DNA of 64,000 nt. It comes from Epiperipatus broadwayi (taxonomy: Eukaryota > Animalia > Onychophora). The notes below the pieces were generated by a model, which was not told the origin of the DNA, did no database searches, and saw nothing but the letters and a program-made list of their open reading frames with translations. Below are positions 1 through 14,011 of the stretch, piece after piece (positions within the stretch are counted from its first letter, which is position 1; every line of letters begins with the position of its first letter). Location: the NCBI GenBank assembly GCA_028023455.1, contig JAQFVV010000007.1, positions 10,540,001-10,604,000 of the forward strand, given 5' to 3'. Position numbers and translations under genes: made by a program.

Positions 1-2187
1 TATTATGCACAGAGAGGAATGATATCAAAAGAAAAATCAAGGAAGCTTCTTTTATTACAAGTGACATCAACTCAATAAATAGAAAAGACACTTGTTTTGC
101 CATTTCCAGAAAATGGATAATATAAAAAATAGTTTTGCATACATTTGCATATAATGATGTTAATAATCTAAAGAGGCTATGATTATGGAGTAACAAAACT
201 CGAAAGTGCTAAGTCTACAGAAATTATGATATAGAAAGCCTACAGAAATTATTATATAGAAACGTTTCACTGCAACACATCAGCATATTATTAATTATAA
301 ATTGTTATGTTTGGAATAAGTTTGAGAAGCAAAGACAAATTTAATGGATTAATAAAAAATAACCTCAATTTATTAACAATGCATAAATAAAAACTGTTGC
401 ATATATACTCACAACTATTAGTAGAATATACAAAATATTTATAATAGTAATAAAAAAATATTTTAATTTAAGTTCATATATATATTATCTATAATAATAA
501 GATCTCACCATGTTAAATATTTAAACAGTCCCAAACCATGGTTTGCCACAGATGTCATTTTTAAAATATATTTCTGAATGTCTTCATTTATTCCTCTGTA
601 AATGGTAGAGACTTTTCTTGGGCAATGGTAATGTTAGAGAATAAATTCAGAAACATTGGTCCATTTTTCTCCTTCACAACATCATAATGGCAGGCACTGG
701 CTGGTATCATAAAACATCAAGTATCAGTTCCTTGATCTGACTGCATTTTCCGAGTGTTTTGGCTGGTGTTGTGTTTGGTTATCCAGCCATCCATAGTAGA
801 TAGTTTTCTACTAGATGAAATCATCACACATACTACTATAACTTAGGTATTGAAAAAACTGTAAAACAGTCAGCAAGATATGGCTATCCAAATTATGGTA
901 GCAAATAATTTTAACTGGTCATTTCCCCCTCAGCATTGGATCACTTCAACACAGATTATGTTGTCTTCAAAAAACCAATAGTCTTAGATCACCTGATTAG
1001 ACTGCAGTGGACTCTACTGAAATGGCATGTAAGTTGCTTGTTTTATATTTATTTATACCATTTGATGTTGTTCAAACATGTTTTTAAACAACATATACAT
1101 CACCACCTAGTGAAAATCTGACCTTTGACTCATTACAACATATTTTTGTAAAAAAAAGTTATAGATTCAAATTTATAGATATTATGTCACGATTTGATAC
1201 ATAAACAAATAAAAAGAGAAAAAAAAGTTTTTTTCTCTTTCTTTATCAACATTCATTAATATAGGAAGAAAGTACAAATTTATTGCTAGTCTTTCGATGC
1301 AATGATTTACCCATTTTTATTAACCCAATACTTTTCAATAATATTTTTAGATCCACTATAAGATTTACTTTAAAAATTGATGTCATTTAAATAAAATTTT
1401 TATTTGAAAGTCAGATTAACAGGATTTTAATTGCTTTATATTTGTATTCAAATCTTTTTGTGCTTCATGATTACTTTTTTCCCCACTTTTACAAGGAAAT
1501 TCATCATCAGGTTTCTCACGTATTACAAAATATATTCTTAATAATATGACCAAATGCATAAACTAACTTTTCTTTTAATTTTTTAAGCTGTTTACTCAAG
1601 TGACATGCCACATATGCAACAGCAGTTTATACATTTATTTTATACAACTTTGTAATATAATTAATCTGGGTTACTATCAACTTTGTTTTAGTTACAGTAC
1701 TAATATCTAAAGTTTTTTTTATAATGAATTTATTATCACATAACAAGAAAGAATGGATACTATTCAATATATTATTATTTTCTATTTCATATGTTTCCCA
1801 ATAGTTAATTTTATTTAGAAATAGGTTATATAAGAGATTGATGTGTTTCCTTATGAGGATAATTAGATTTTTTATTTTATAAACTGTGATAATTGTTTAT
1901 TAGAAAATAATTTCATTTTTCAAATCAAAACACCCACAAAAACATGTAAATTTAATGATGTTTGCAAAACATTATTCCATCTTCAGTTTATATATTGTAG
2001 GGTATTGAGTTCAAACCCTACATTACAAAACCCAAAAACTTCAGAAGGAAAGTGGGAGAACTATTTTTTTCTCTATTCAACTGATTTTTGTTAGTGAAAG
2101 GGGACCATATATATATCTTTGAATTGTTTTTTTATTAAATAAAATTCATTACTTTAAGTTAATAGTAATTTAAGATAAGTTATAATA

Positions 2188-2361
2188 CCGTCAAAACATC
2201 ACATGATCACCATTTCATATGCTTACACAAGCTAGAAACTAGTCTGGGGGGGTTTGAATGAATAGGCACTACATAGAGATTTTATGTGCAAACCTATCTG
2301 CATCCATTTATTACAAAGGCTTGCACTTGGTGGAGTTACTGTATGGAGAGTTTCGTACTTG
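2188..2361. mobile_element. Family A hammerhead-repeat fragment with internal inversion; only the 3' half of the HHR (GAAACTAGTCTGGGG) is present
   Basis: Matches the other family A copies. Flanked by the 10-bp direct repeat agttataata (2178-2187 and 2362-2371). Confidence 0.8.
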
Positions 2362-3859
2362 AGTTATAATATTTCATAAACATTCTTGACAAAACATGAG
2401 TTAATAAATATAATGTATGACGTCTATTTAATGTATAAAAACAATTAAGATGTTAGACAAATAAATTTAAAATTGAAGGAAAATCTGCAATTACTCTCAT
2501 TTAATAAGGATATAAAATCTTATGACTTATTCAGATTTGAAATGACATGAATTCTAAATAAGCTAAGTAGAATATAAAATTTTTATTTAAAGATAATTCA
2601 ACTAATTATCAAGTTTTTTTTAAAAAAAAAAAATGCATATCTGAAGCTTTTATTCATAACTATAACATGCACATATATTAACCATTAATTTTATAAATAA
2701 AAACCTTTGACAGGATTAGAAATAAATAAGTAATAAAACATTTAATGTCTGTGCATACATAAGCATTTTAAATAATCCAGTGCACATTAATTTATACTGG
2801 GTTCATGAAAGATTTAAAAATCCAAAACTGTTCACAATTTTTCCTTAACAAATCCTTAGATGATTTTATTGTTAGCAGTCTTATTTTAATCCATATTAGT
2901 TAGATTTCAATGATCCAATACTGTATAACTTTAGTCTTTAGCAATAGATATGGAGATGGATGAATGATCTAAACTACTTGTGGTTCTTTGGAAGTTTCAT
3001 TTAACTCAATTATTATATGTATATTCCTAAAAGATAATCATAGAATATATCCCACTATGGCACAATATAATCCTCAGGCATTAGGATTTGCACAAACTAA
3101 TAAATTCATTAAAATTCTGATATATATAAATATAATTCCATCATGCACATCCTCTGAGCTAGCAATAACTATTTTGGGAGATCTTTTATTGTTATTCTTG
3201 TTGTTGTTTCTTTGTTTGCAAGGTGAATTTGTTGTCATTACATGTATGGAGTTTTACATTATATTTAAACAAAATGTAAAATAGGATTAGGAAAGGAAAA
3301 AAAAAATTGTTATTTGATTCTGAAAGAGTTTTCCATTGATCATCTTATTGTTAGTAGAAGTTTATCTAATAGTGGATAATGCACACCCTATGAGTTTATA
3401 ATATATTTTATAAAAACTTAAAATTATTTTCAAGTTTTAGACAAACTTAGGAATGTGTTTTCATATAGATGGTTCATAGTTAATTTAGATACCCATCCAA
3501 TAGTGATCTAGCTAATCTTAATTAAAGCAAAAACAAGAATGGAAAAACACTCAAAAACTACTGTTTAGAAATTGGTAAGTCAATTGACTAATATCTTATT
3601 CTTTTGTTGGAAAAGGTTTTGCTCTATAATGAATTATTTAAAGGTTATTACACATTCCTAGTATTGAATTATTATAATCTATATATAATTATCAGAGAAA
3701 ATAACATTTTGCCTTTGAAAGAGTCCTTTGTATAGAAAATATATTTATGTTATATTTAATATTCTTGATATTTTCTTAATGTAAGAAACATTTATATAAT
3801 TACATATAGATTAACGCCGTACATAGTTAGCAAAATTTTGTTTCGAAATATTATTGCTT

Positions 3860-4560
3860 TTTGATGTAGTGTAAATAAATCACAGTTTTATTTTCAATTT
3901 TGTTTTGTATTCCGTTCCGTTTAATTTGTTCTTTAATACCTGCTTTTTACTACAACTCTGTGTAGAAGTTCTCTTAAATTTTGACCACAATTTAAATTTT
4001 TAATTTTCTGTATAAAATTTTTTCTAGGAAGTAAATCATTTTGAATATCACTTGACACAAATTGGCTCTCAGAATTCCAATTTGAAATTGTGCCGTTTTC
4101 TCTCTATATTTTACCTTTGACTAAAAATTCATTATGCTATTAGTTGAAACAATTTTATAACTAATATTTTTATTCTGAATATATTCCAACACATTGTATT
4201 GTTGCTTTAAAATATTTTTTCAGCAGATATTAAATATGGTATTAACTATAATCTTTTTATTTTAGTCATTTTTAAAAAATAAAGTTAGCATAATTGTCGG
4301 ACGTAAATTCTTAGAGTTTTTATTATGTTTGTTTTAGGCATTCTACATTGGCCGTCTTTTGTGTCACAATTTGATGTATTACCATGTTTATTGGCAGGAA
4401 CTGAACGGATTTGATGTTTTGTTTAAAATACATTTTTTCTCTTGTTTTCTTGTTTTTAATAGATAATTAATCATTTAAAAGAAGAAATTTGTTGACAAGA
4501 AGAAAGATGTCAGCTATGAAGGAGAAGAAGATAGAATGTGTAGTCGGCTTTATTTATTGA
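3860..4560 (-). pseudogene. Decayed, internally deleted hAT-type transposase remnant
   Basis: Minus-strand peptides QFVSSDIQNDLL (~4029-4065) and NGIQNKIENKTVIYLHY (~3866-3918) resemble the hAT motifs YTSxxIQNEL and GVQxxI...F(I/V)HC. No intact ORF. Confidence 0.4.
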
Positions 4561-7049
4561 CACAGTGTTTATAACAAAATTAAATTCAGAGGTTTTAGAA
4601 ACTCGTCAAATTTGTATTTATAATTTATGGCTGTATAATATTTGTCAGTATTTGTAAATTACTACAATAATGTTATAAGAAAAATAACTTTATATATAAT
4701 AATAAGAAACTTATTTTTTTGTGTTTAATTTGTTTGTTTTAGATAAATCTGTGAAAACCATAAATAGTATCTATAATTTATATGCAGATATTGAAAAAAA
4801 TAATAGTAATATTCGTAATATCTTTTTTTTTTTCAAATAATACAGCAACACTATATATGAAACTAGATTATATCGCATTTGAACAGTGTAAAGAAACAAA
4901 GATTATTATCATTTCTTCTGAGAGATGTTTAATGGAGGATATGATATCGATATGTACCTCATTATTAAACGGACGCCATAAGAAGCTGATTGGGAAAACA
5001 GTGGGAGATGTTTGATCCCTAGTCATCCAAATCAATATTTGCAATTGTACAAATTACAACGTCATCACCTTGAAAGATCATGAAATTTGCAGTATGGAAT
5101 GAACCTTCCTCCCTCTCACCATTGTTCATATAGTCTTTGCAAAATGTTCAACTTATAAAGTTTTTTTTTACCATGTTTTATTACTGGGGTAAAGCAATCT
5201 GATAGCTAAAATTTGTTTTGTTTGTTCTCATTAGAAAAAAACATTTCAAGTTACTTTGAAAAGTGTAAACAAATGATATATACAACTATATAATATGACT
5301 TTAATCATGTGATGTTAATTTCTTACTTTTTAACTACATTTTTTTCTCTATTAGAAACCACATAGTTGAAAGGGTATAGACTCTCAGTCAATTATTTTGA
5401 TAACCCTTGGAGTATTTAGATGTGGGAATTGACTAGTTTTTTTTTTTTTTTTTGGTAAAATGTTTCATTGTGGTTTGATAATCCATAACATTTATCTGTT
5501 TTTCCCCCTGTAATTTCTGATTCTGAACCATTTCAGATTTTCTGTTTAGTTAATGTAGTCCCTGTTCACAAGACTTGGAATCTTAGCATCAAATAGGTCA
5601 GAAATTAAGGACATGGGTGTTATTTGTCATCAATTTGAACCTTTTTTTTAACAATGACTGGCATGCTAACTTGTGAAATTAATATCACTTTTCTTTTATA
5701 TATTCCTCACTTCTTCTATAGGGTTCTGGATGTCATAAAAGTGTTGCACTTATATGCATTTCTGTTTCTTTGCTACATATCATCAAAATTATAGTTCTAA
5801 TGTGAGAATGTTCTCATCATTTTTTTTAACTCACAGATGTATCTTAAATAATTTTATTTTATTATTTTATATTTGTAATAAATATTCATAGCTAAATTGC
5901 ATGTAATTCAAATGGAAGTGACTGGACTTGCTATGTAAATGTTTATCAATTATGAAAAAAATAGAATGATCCTATCTTTTCATAGTTGATTGATATTTAA
6001 GTAGTTCAGTGAGAGTTATTTATTATTTTATATTTCTGTATATACACAAAGTATTTAAGCATTATTTTTATTGAATTGCAGTTATCTTTTATTTATGACT
6101 GAACATTCTATTGATGTGGATGCCAATCTCAAATGAAAGATATTTAAGTGATATTTTGTCAAAGAGCGTGTGTGAAATATATTTTTATGAAAATATACTT
6201 GGCTACAATATGACAGTTTAGGAACAACTAAAATTATATTACCAACAGGATAAATTACTCAAGTGAAGAAATTTCAGATCTAATTTAGAAGGACTGTCTA
6301 ATTAATATGTGACAAAATATTAGAATTTAGTTTTTGTGTTTCACAATCTGTAGTGATTGCCCATCTTAGTCAAAGTAAATAAACTCCAGCATTATTCTCT
6401 AAATTCTAGGAATATTAGATCTGTTAATTGGCACAAAGAATTTTACTTGTCTGTCAGCTAAAAATAAACTGCAAAAATTTATTGAGAACATTTTATAATT
6501 AATTGCCAACATAATACTCTCACACATATATATCTTCAAAGTAAGACATGCATCATTTATTTAGAATAGGAATTTGATCAGATCTGATCAAAGATTCAGG
6601 TTTTTGATTTTTAATCCCATAATTTCATTAATGTAGCATTAGAAAATAAACAATGATTTTTTGTTTGGGAGTTAATAAAAATTTGAATTCCAAAACTGAT
6701 GGAACTAAACAATGATCCAAGGACCTCGAGTCACTACCATTGCACCAAAGCATTCAGGACAAGGCTACATTGTTATGTTTCCATTTTTTAACAAAAAATA
6801 TCACCTGGTACATCTTTATTATTTAGACATTTACATGTTGAATTACAAGTATCAAACTAACTCAATCCAGATCATTGACACCATCCATTTTAGAGAAATA
6901 CAGTAATGGTTATTACTAATCATTTACTAAACTAGAGATTTGAAAAAAATATGGAGCAATATTGAGGTTATTTAATATATCTATTGAGATATTTAGTATA
7001 TAATTTTGCCAAAAAAATTTTTTTTTGTTCACCTGCTTCTTTTAAGATA

Positions 7050-8030
7050 TCAATTATAAATTCCATCATTACCTAATGCTTTCACCATCATTCTAAATTT
7101 AATTGCATATCTCATTTCTTCATTTAAAATCCTGGATAATTCAGAAGATGTAATAGATATAGGAGGTATTTGTTCTTTATTACTATATAATTCTTGATAG
7201 AACTCTTCTACCCATTTCATGATGTCATCCTTTGAGTAATATTTCCATCTTTTTTTATTGCAGATTTTTATTCTCTTCAACAGTTTTCCTTGCTAGTTCA
7301 CAATTATACTTTTTTATATCATTATCAACTCTTTTTCACATCATTTTACTAAATTCGAGATATTCTATCCTTCTTAATGCCATTTTTATATACCTCTATA
7401 TTCCTCCTTTTCTTCATAAATCCTCTAGTCTCAGTAGTAATTTTACTAATCAATTGCTGCTTTATTCTACTAGCTAATTTTGTTGCAGTTTTTAAAAGTG
7501 TATCAGTTATTTTTCTATTTATTTCATTCAGATCTGAATTATGTTCAAAATCTGTTAATATTTGAAAATGATTTGTAAGTTCTAATTTATATTTGGTAGA
7601 ATGTTTCTGAAGATTAGGCATATCAACTGTGAATATAATTTTTTTTACTAATTTTGGTCTCATTGTTTTAATTTGTATCTTGCCTTCTGTATTGAACTTA
7701 TTAAGAAAATTACAATCTTGAAATATGTATTTTTTTCTTACTCTAAATATAATCCATTTCTGCTATAACTTCATTTGGATGCTTTCATGTCCATTTTTGT
7801 TTAAAATTTTTCTAAAAAAAAGAATTATTAATATAAAGTTTTTTTTCCTGCAAACTACACAAGTCTATGTCCTCTCTCATTCGTATCACTATAACCAAAT
7901 TTACCTACAGCACTCTCATTTTTCAATTGTTTAGTAATTCTACCATTAAAGTCTTTCATAACAATTTTAAAATGTTGTTTGATCTAATCAAAAGCCTTTT
8001 GTACATAAATATAAAAATCTTCTAGGTATT
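7050..8030 (-). mobile_element. Truncated, decayed RTE-clade LINE (APE C-terminal half to linker), same family as 37068-40287
   Basis: ORFs 7349-7663 and 7050-7280 align by eye to the 37394 ORF (LELTNxFQxLxDFEHxSDLNEIN; [21 protein letters not shown]; GNDGI). Confidence 0.92.
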
Positions 8031-8560
8031 ATTCTGACCATGTCATGTGGCCACTACTTGATGGCATTGCTGCTTGCAAAAATAATGAAATGTAATGTTA
8101 CCAGGACGATAATTTTTTGCTTTCTGCTCTCCACCAATTTTTCAAAGTATTTTTAAAAAATTTTCAATGGTATTTAGCATTAATAGCTCTTAACAAACTT
8201 TTCTGAATATTCCTATTCCCAGATTGGTTTCTAGATGTTGGCTGCTGCCAGTGAGGAGCTCCAATATTCAGTCATTAGATAAAAAAAAAAACTAGTTAAT
8301 TGATGACAGCCAACAGATAGAAACTGGTCTGGGGATAGGTATATTTGGAAAAGCTTAAGAGCTATTAACAATCATTATATAACATTTGTAGTACAAGCTT
8401 ATTAAATTAAGTCACATGATAAAAGACTTGATTTCCTTGCAATTATAATTTTGCTGTAGAGGCTTTGGTGATGTTATATTGCTAAATCTATTAATATATG
8501 ACGTATCTGAACTTAGTCCCATATGACTATTTAGGTTAGATAATTGGATTTGAAGATCAA

Positions 8561-8945
8561 TAAACATCACATGATCACCATTTCTTATGCTTGCTTATAA
8601 CTGTTATTAAAACAGGCAAAACTCTTCATACAGTATTGCCACTCAGCAAGCTAATGAGCTTGGATTGAAAATATTATTGTGTTTTCAATTTAAGATTCAT
8701 AGTTTTGTAGTTAAGTAGAAATAAAAGGTGGCTGCTGGAGGGTTGCATTAGATCATAAAATCTAGATGCAGTGCTCTCACATTCAAGGCTCCTCACTGAT
8801 GAAGGCCACTGGCCAGAAACTAGTCTGGGGATATTGGATGAGCAGGCACTAAATGGGGATTTTATGCACAAGATTTTTGTCATCCATTGATTTCTTTGGC
8901 TTGCACTGAGTGGCAATACCATATGGAGAGTTTTGCCTGTTTTAA
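8561..8945. mobile_element. Family A hammerhead-repeat insertion nested in family C
   Basis: Family A sequence with an inverted 5' piece. Imperfect duplication taattggatttgaa (8541-8554) / taatggatttgaa (8946-8958). Confidence 0.8.
8790..8831 (+). ncRNA. Minimal type I hammerhead ribozyme motif (family A), core intact apart from the A.A at the base of stem II
   Basis: Stem I tcctca/tgggga; CTGATGA 8796-8802; a-ggcc-act-ggcc-a; GAAA 8816-8819; palindromic A-CTAG-T; GTC site with predicted cleavage after C8825. Confidence 0.75.
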
Positions 8946-9890
8946 TAATGGATTTGAAAACATAGATGTCAGAAAATATCAGATTTTTTACTTAAAAGTT
9001 AACTATTAGATAAATGCTGGACTAGACGTGATATTTTTAGATCTAATATCTGAATATCCTAGCATCTCAGTGAGGAAAGCTGAAAACTAGAAATTGGTCT
9101 GGGGATAGGAATGTTTGGAAAAGCTTGTTAAGTGTTAAAAGCTATTAACACTCATTATATAAATATATACAAGTATTAATACTTTTAATATGGAATAACT
9201 ATAATTCAAAAATTTATATTAACTGAACAAAATTCAAATCCTTTTCTTTTCTTTCACCACTGGTGTGCCACTTAATGTAAGAGTTAATAATAAATAGATG
9301 CCACATGATAGTGCTTGTTAAATCCCTATCAATGCTATTCTATCTAATATCCCAGACAACTTTTATCAGTGAAGGGCTTAGGAATGTGGAACATTGAATC
9401 TAAAACTTTTAGATCTAATGCACCTTCTTTCTAGCAACAAAGTTCCAAGATACATAATTCTTGAATGATGAGAGTCAGAAATTAATTTGGGGATATTGGA
9501 TAAGACAACACTGAATAGAAATTTAATAAGCATTATCATTTGACATCTTTTAGTTACTAAAGCTTACATTAAGTGGCATAGCAGTAGTGAAGGCAAATAG
9601 TATGCAGCTGAACAAGAATGGGTAAGCTGGAGTTGTGATACAAAAATTCAAATGTGATCTTTAACACTCTTGCAATAAATAAATTATACACTTACAACAA
9701 AATTAATGTAATATCTTTTTCAGATTTGTTTAAAACATTTAGCATATACAAAAATAATTGAAAAAGGTAAATGATCATAAAATGCAGTGTAAACATGAGA
9801 ATAAATCATGATCTGGGCCAAATGAAAAGTGTTGCTTTTGCATGAAATATTGGAAATCATTTATTTTTTTATAGATACCTTTATTCTTAT

Positions 9891-10389
9891 AAACAATGAG
9901 CATTGCCAATTACTCAACAAGCTTTGTGATAAATGCTTAGCCAGAGAAAGCATTTAAAATATCTTTGACAGGAAATCCCTCTCCTCCAATCCTCTGATCA
10001 TGGTTTCATACTTTAGCCCTCCTCAGAGAGGCACTGAGATAGCTTCAGACACTAGATCTAAAAATACCAACCCAAAGCCAGCATTTATCTAAAAGTTATC
10101 TATTGAGTGGAAAATCCAAAATTTTCAGACACCTACATGTCTTCAAAACCAGCTATCCAACTCAAATAGCTATATGGTGCTCAGAGATCTTCAGCCATAC
10201 TATATATTAATAGTCTTAGCAATATAATATCACATAAGGCTTAAGGCAGAGACTATAAATAGTCAAAATAAGAGTCATAGATGGCTAAGCATTTATCACA
10301 AAGGTTGTTGAGCAATTGGCAATGCTCATTGTTTATATCTTACAAGCTTAAGATAATTGGGTCATGTGATCTATGACTTTTATTTTGAC
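9891..10389. mobile_element. Family B hammerhead-repeat insertion: one minus-strand unit plus an inverted 3' piece
   Basis: Homologous to the 58165-59545 array. Perfect 15-bp TSD tacctttattcttat (9876-9890 and 10390-10404). Decayed HHR at 9991-10031 (-): CTGAGGA..GAAACCATGATC AGAGG. Confidence 0.88.
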
Positions 10390-11479
10390 TACCTTTATTC
10401 TTATGTTTTAAGAAATGGGATGGAGTAGGCATTTCTAAAAAAAAAAATATTGCACATAGAAAAAGAGAGATTAAATGTTTATATATAGACTAGGAATAAT
10501 CTCTGTATAGAAAAGTGTCAGATAAGTCTGAACCTATGTTGATTTTTCTGGAGCATGAGAATATCACTGGCCATACCTATGAGCCTTCATCGGCCATCAT
10601 TGAGTGCATTGAGAGAAATGACTCTAAGCAAAAGATTAAGGAGACCTGAATATAGCTAATAACTACAATTCTATCAATCAAAATGAATCTTGCTTCACCC
10701 TTTTTAAGAAATGGACTATCTAATCTGCCTGAACTTTGAATATACATGTATATTCCATGATTATTTTAAAGTTATGAGTATGAGAACCTAGAAAGCCTTG
10801 AATGTGCTTAGCTGCCTTGGTATTATCATTATTCAATTATATTTTTTCCTTTGAATACATTTCAGCACATAATTTATATTTATATTACATTTGTCTGGGG
10901 AAAGTTGCATATCGTTAATTATTACAGTAAAAATTAATGTATTTATCCAAAGTGTCAAACTTGTGAGTGCAAGAAAATTGACATTTATTGGTCAAACTGT
11001 GAGAATATAATTTTAATACTGAACAAATGATAAAGGTTTGTATAAGAGATTGTGATCTGGCCAACTGAAGAAGGTGGGTTATGCATAAAATGAATTACAG
11101 AAGTTACTTTTTTTTTCAGATATCTTTATTTGTATATTTCAAGAAAGTGTGGTTGGAGTATATGTTTTATATCTAATTTTATTCCACACAATAAACAATT
11201 GTTTTTTATTATTAAAGGGCCATAATGTTATAATTTGAGTGTCAATAAACAAACATTATATTAGGGTGAGATAATTTGGTTCTTAACAGTTATTTAAAAT
11301 TTACATTAAAAGTAATCAAGCAGCCCATTGCAAAAAAATTATCTCCAAACTATCTTTACGAACACTGCAAAAATATATTAATAATTGAATTGATCTGTAG
11401 TCAATAGATATGGACTTTATTGGTTAACTTTTTCTGGATTTTCATTTCTTGAGCAATAATTGGATAACTGAATGAATTG

Positions 11480-13140
11480 AATATGGCCCAGTTATCCAAT
11501 AAAAGGATTACCTTTGCTAAAAAAATGAAGTCCTTTATTTGAAAACATTTGCAATAATGAACCCACAATGTCATATCCTGGTTGCAGATTCATTGTGAAC
11601 ATGTTAGGTGGGTGTGCTAATGTATGCAACATGAGGTATCACATGCCCTCAACTGAGTTAAAAACCAGTAATAATCACATGGTTGTAGCAGAGATAATTA
11701 TGTTACGTAGTTATACTTAAACTTGGTAGTGTTTTTAAATTTTTATTCATTTATATGATGAAGCACTTTTATACAAATGCTAATTTTGTTGTTTTCATCA
11801 TATTTGTTTTTTAAATATTTTTATAGTTTACCTAAATATTTTCTAAAATAGTTGTCACCTGTGGATATAATTTTAGCTTTTTATAAATCTAGGTGATGGC
11901 CGTATCTAAAATATGAATAGCAGGGCTGGAGATGTTGAGACTATTTTCACTGTGTTAATGTGTTCATCTCTTCTACAACTTACATGTTGGTTGTTCTTTC
12001 TATGTAAATGGTTGGAAACATAACACATGGGATTTTATAGACTTCTTGAGCTTCTAGAAAGATTACATCCTTAGGTTTAATTTAATGCTGTTAATTTTTT
12101 GTTCAGCAAAGAATGTTGTTTTACAACATAGCATTTCAGTATCTTCCAATCTTGTCTTTGGTTACTTTTATATAAGGAATGCAAAAATTTAATAGAAATA
12201 TTTGCTTTTTTTTAAAGAAGCATTTGATTTGCACATTGTCCTACTTATAGTGATGGTATTGCAACCATTCATTAATAAGGCATTACATATATATTCAATA
12301 TATTTTCCTAATGCAGATATATTTAGAAGTAAGAATTCTCTTGTGAAAAGTGACATAAATACAAAGATTCTGAACTCAAACTTTCTCTACATCTTATAGG
12401 ATGTCACTTTTCACAAGGGCATTATCACTCCCAAATACATTTTCAATTAGAAAATGCATCAATCACATAAGTGATGTATTATTAATAAACTGTTAGAATA
12501 CCACTACTATAAATAAAGCAATGCACAAATCAAACCCCCCCTAAAGAAAAAGGCAATTGCATCTTTTAGAGTTTGCATTCCACAGACAACATGAAGGCTA
12601 CTTAAATGCTATGACATGAAAACAACATTCTCTACTGAACAAAAGAATATTAGCATTCTGATCAAACCTAAGGATGTAATCCATTCTGAAATATTAAGAA
12701 GTCTATGAGATCCCATGTGGCATGTGCTTAATCACATAACATAGTAGAGAACAATCGATGTATAATTACTAGAAGAAATGAGCACATTAATGCAGTGAAA
12801 AAACTCTTAAGATTAACAGCAGTTGCTCTCCATGTTTTAGACATGGCTATCACATAGATTTCTCAAATACTAAAATTATATCTCCATGCAATAACTATTA
12901 TTAGAGAACATTTAGGGAGGCTATAAAAATATTAAAAAAACAAAAATTGTATTGACAAATGTGATGAAATAATAAAATCATCAACTGCATCAAAGTGTTT
13001 CCTCACACAAATAGATAAAAATTTAAGAAAACTACCAAATTCAAGTGGATCTAACATGATACAATTATCTCTCATACAACTACATGATTATTATTGTCTT
13101 GTTTACTCAGGATTTAGAGCAAATGCTATCTTGTTGAAAC
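11480..13140. mobile_element. Two decayed mariner-like transposase fragments in head-to-head inverted arrangement, centred near 12380
   Basis: Arms ~11640-12360 and ~12400-13130 are diverged reverse complements. Peptides resemble the mariner N-terminus (EQKNISILIKPKDVIHSEIL; EHINAVKKLL; TIIREHLG). Confidence 0.6.
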
Positions 13141-13309
13141 ATTGTATTTGATTTTAATTTTATTTTATTAAACACAGTTTTTGATGAAAAAAAGATTTAT
13201 AAGACATCATATGCCCATAAAGACATTCATTTCAACATATATATATATTAAGTGTAATAATGTTCATGCCCTAAATGGGCTTATGAGTAACCATTAGATA
13301 AAATTTGAA

Positions 13310-13430
13310 ACTAGTCAACACTTAGACAATCCCAATATAGATAACAATCAACAATCTCAAACTGTTGTCAAGGCAACCTCCTTGAGATTGTTGATTCTTA
13401 TCTTTATTGGGATTGTCCAGGTTGACTGGT
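13310..13430. repeat. Inverted repeat (~50-bp arms), MITE-like
   Basis: gacaatcccaatatagataacaatcaacaatctcaa ... ttgagattgttgattcttatctttattgggattgtc; loop contains gttgtcaaggcaac. Confidence 0.75.
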
Positions 13431-13524
13431 TTTTAATGGCTATACATATATATATACAAATTTTATTCTTATCTCAGTGTAAATATTTGAAAACCAAGCA
13501 TTATTCACACACCTGGAGCTTAAA

Positions 13525-13750
13525 TGTAAATATAGGGGATTCGAATTCAAACTTTCAATCACTCTTCAACCATCCACACTATCTCATACAACTGATACAC
13601 TTGACCACCCACACTTCCAAGCACCCTTCAACCATCCACACTATCTCATACAACTAATATACATGGCCGCACGTGTGTGGTCATGCGTATCAGTTGTATG
13701 AGATAGTGTGGATGGTTGAAGGGTGCTTGAAAGTCTGAGTTTGACCTTAG
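13525..13750. mobile_element. Family D repeat fragment: direct duplication plus inverted copy
   Basis: cttcaaccatccacactatctcatacaact occurs twice, followed by its reverse complement. Homologous to 35920-36000 and 55555-55790. Confidence 0.8.
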
Positions 13751-14011
13751 CTTATTCATATATGTATATGCTGCTTTAATCTTACACTAATATTCGTTCT
13801 TAAAACTCAATTAGTAAAGATAAGAGCAACTTCTATTTCTGTATTTATCTATTTTGGTCAGATGTTACATTTTTTATTTAAATTATTAAATTTGAATATT
13901 AGTTTTTACTTCCACTTTTTATTCTGATATTTATCAGATTCTTTATATGAAAGTTTAGGTGAATACTGATTTGTATCCATTTGTTTTATGCTCAAATGCT
14001 TTTTTTTTTTT

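Larger units (their letters stand above)
8170..9170. mobile_element. Family C hammerhead repeat: inverted piece (8170-8280) plus ~1.3 tandem units of ~380 bp, interrupted by a family A insertion
   Basis: Decayed HHR motifs at ~8300-8335 (+), ~9065-9105 (+) and ~8215-8260 (-). The body resembles family B (atgttatattgcta..ctattaatatat; tttttagatcta..tctgaa). Confidence 0.7.

Noticed and set aside
536-1130. Higher-complexity segment that looks like decayed coding DNA on the minus strand
   Set aside because: All frames have stops and I could not match any family motif; a BLASTX would be needed.
4337-4530. Possible small exons after ttttag/aatag acceptors
   Set aside because: Frames hit stops, and the region is better explained by the opposite-strand hAT remnant.
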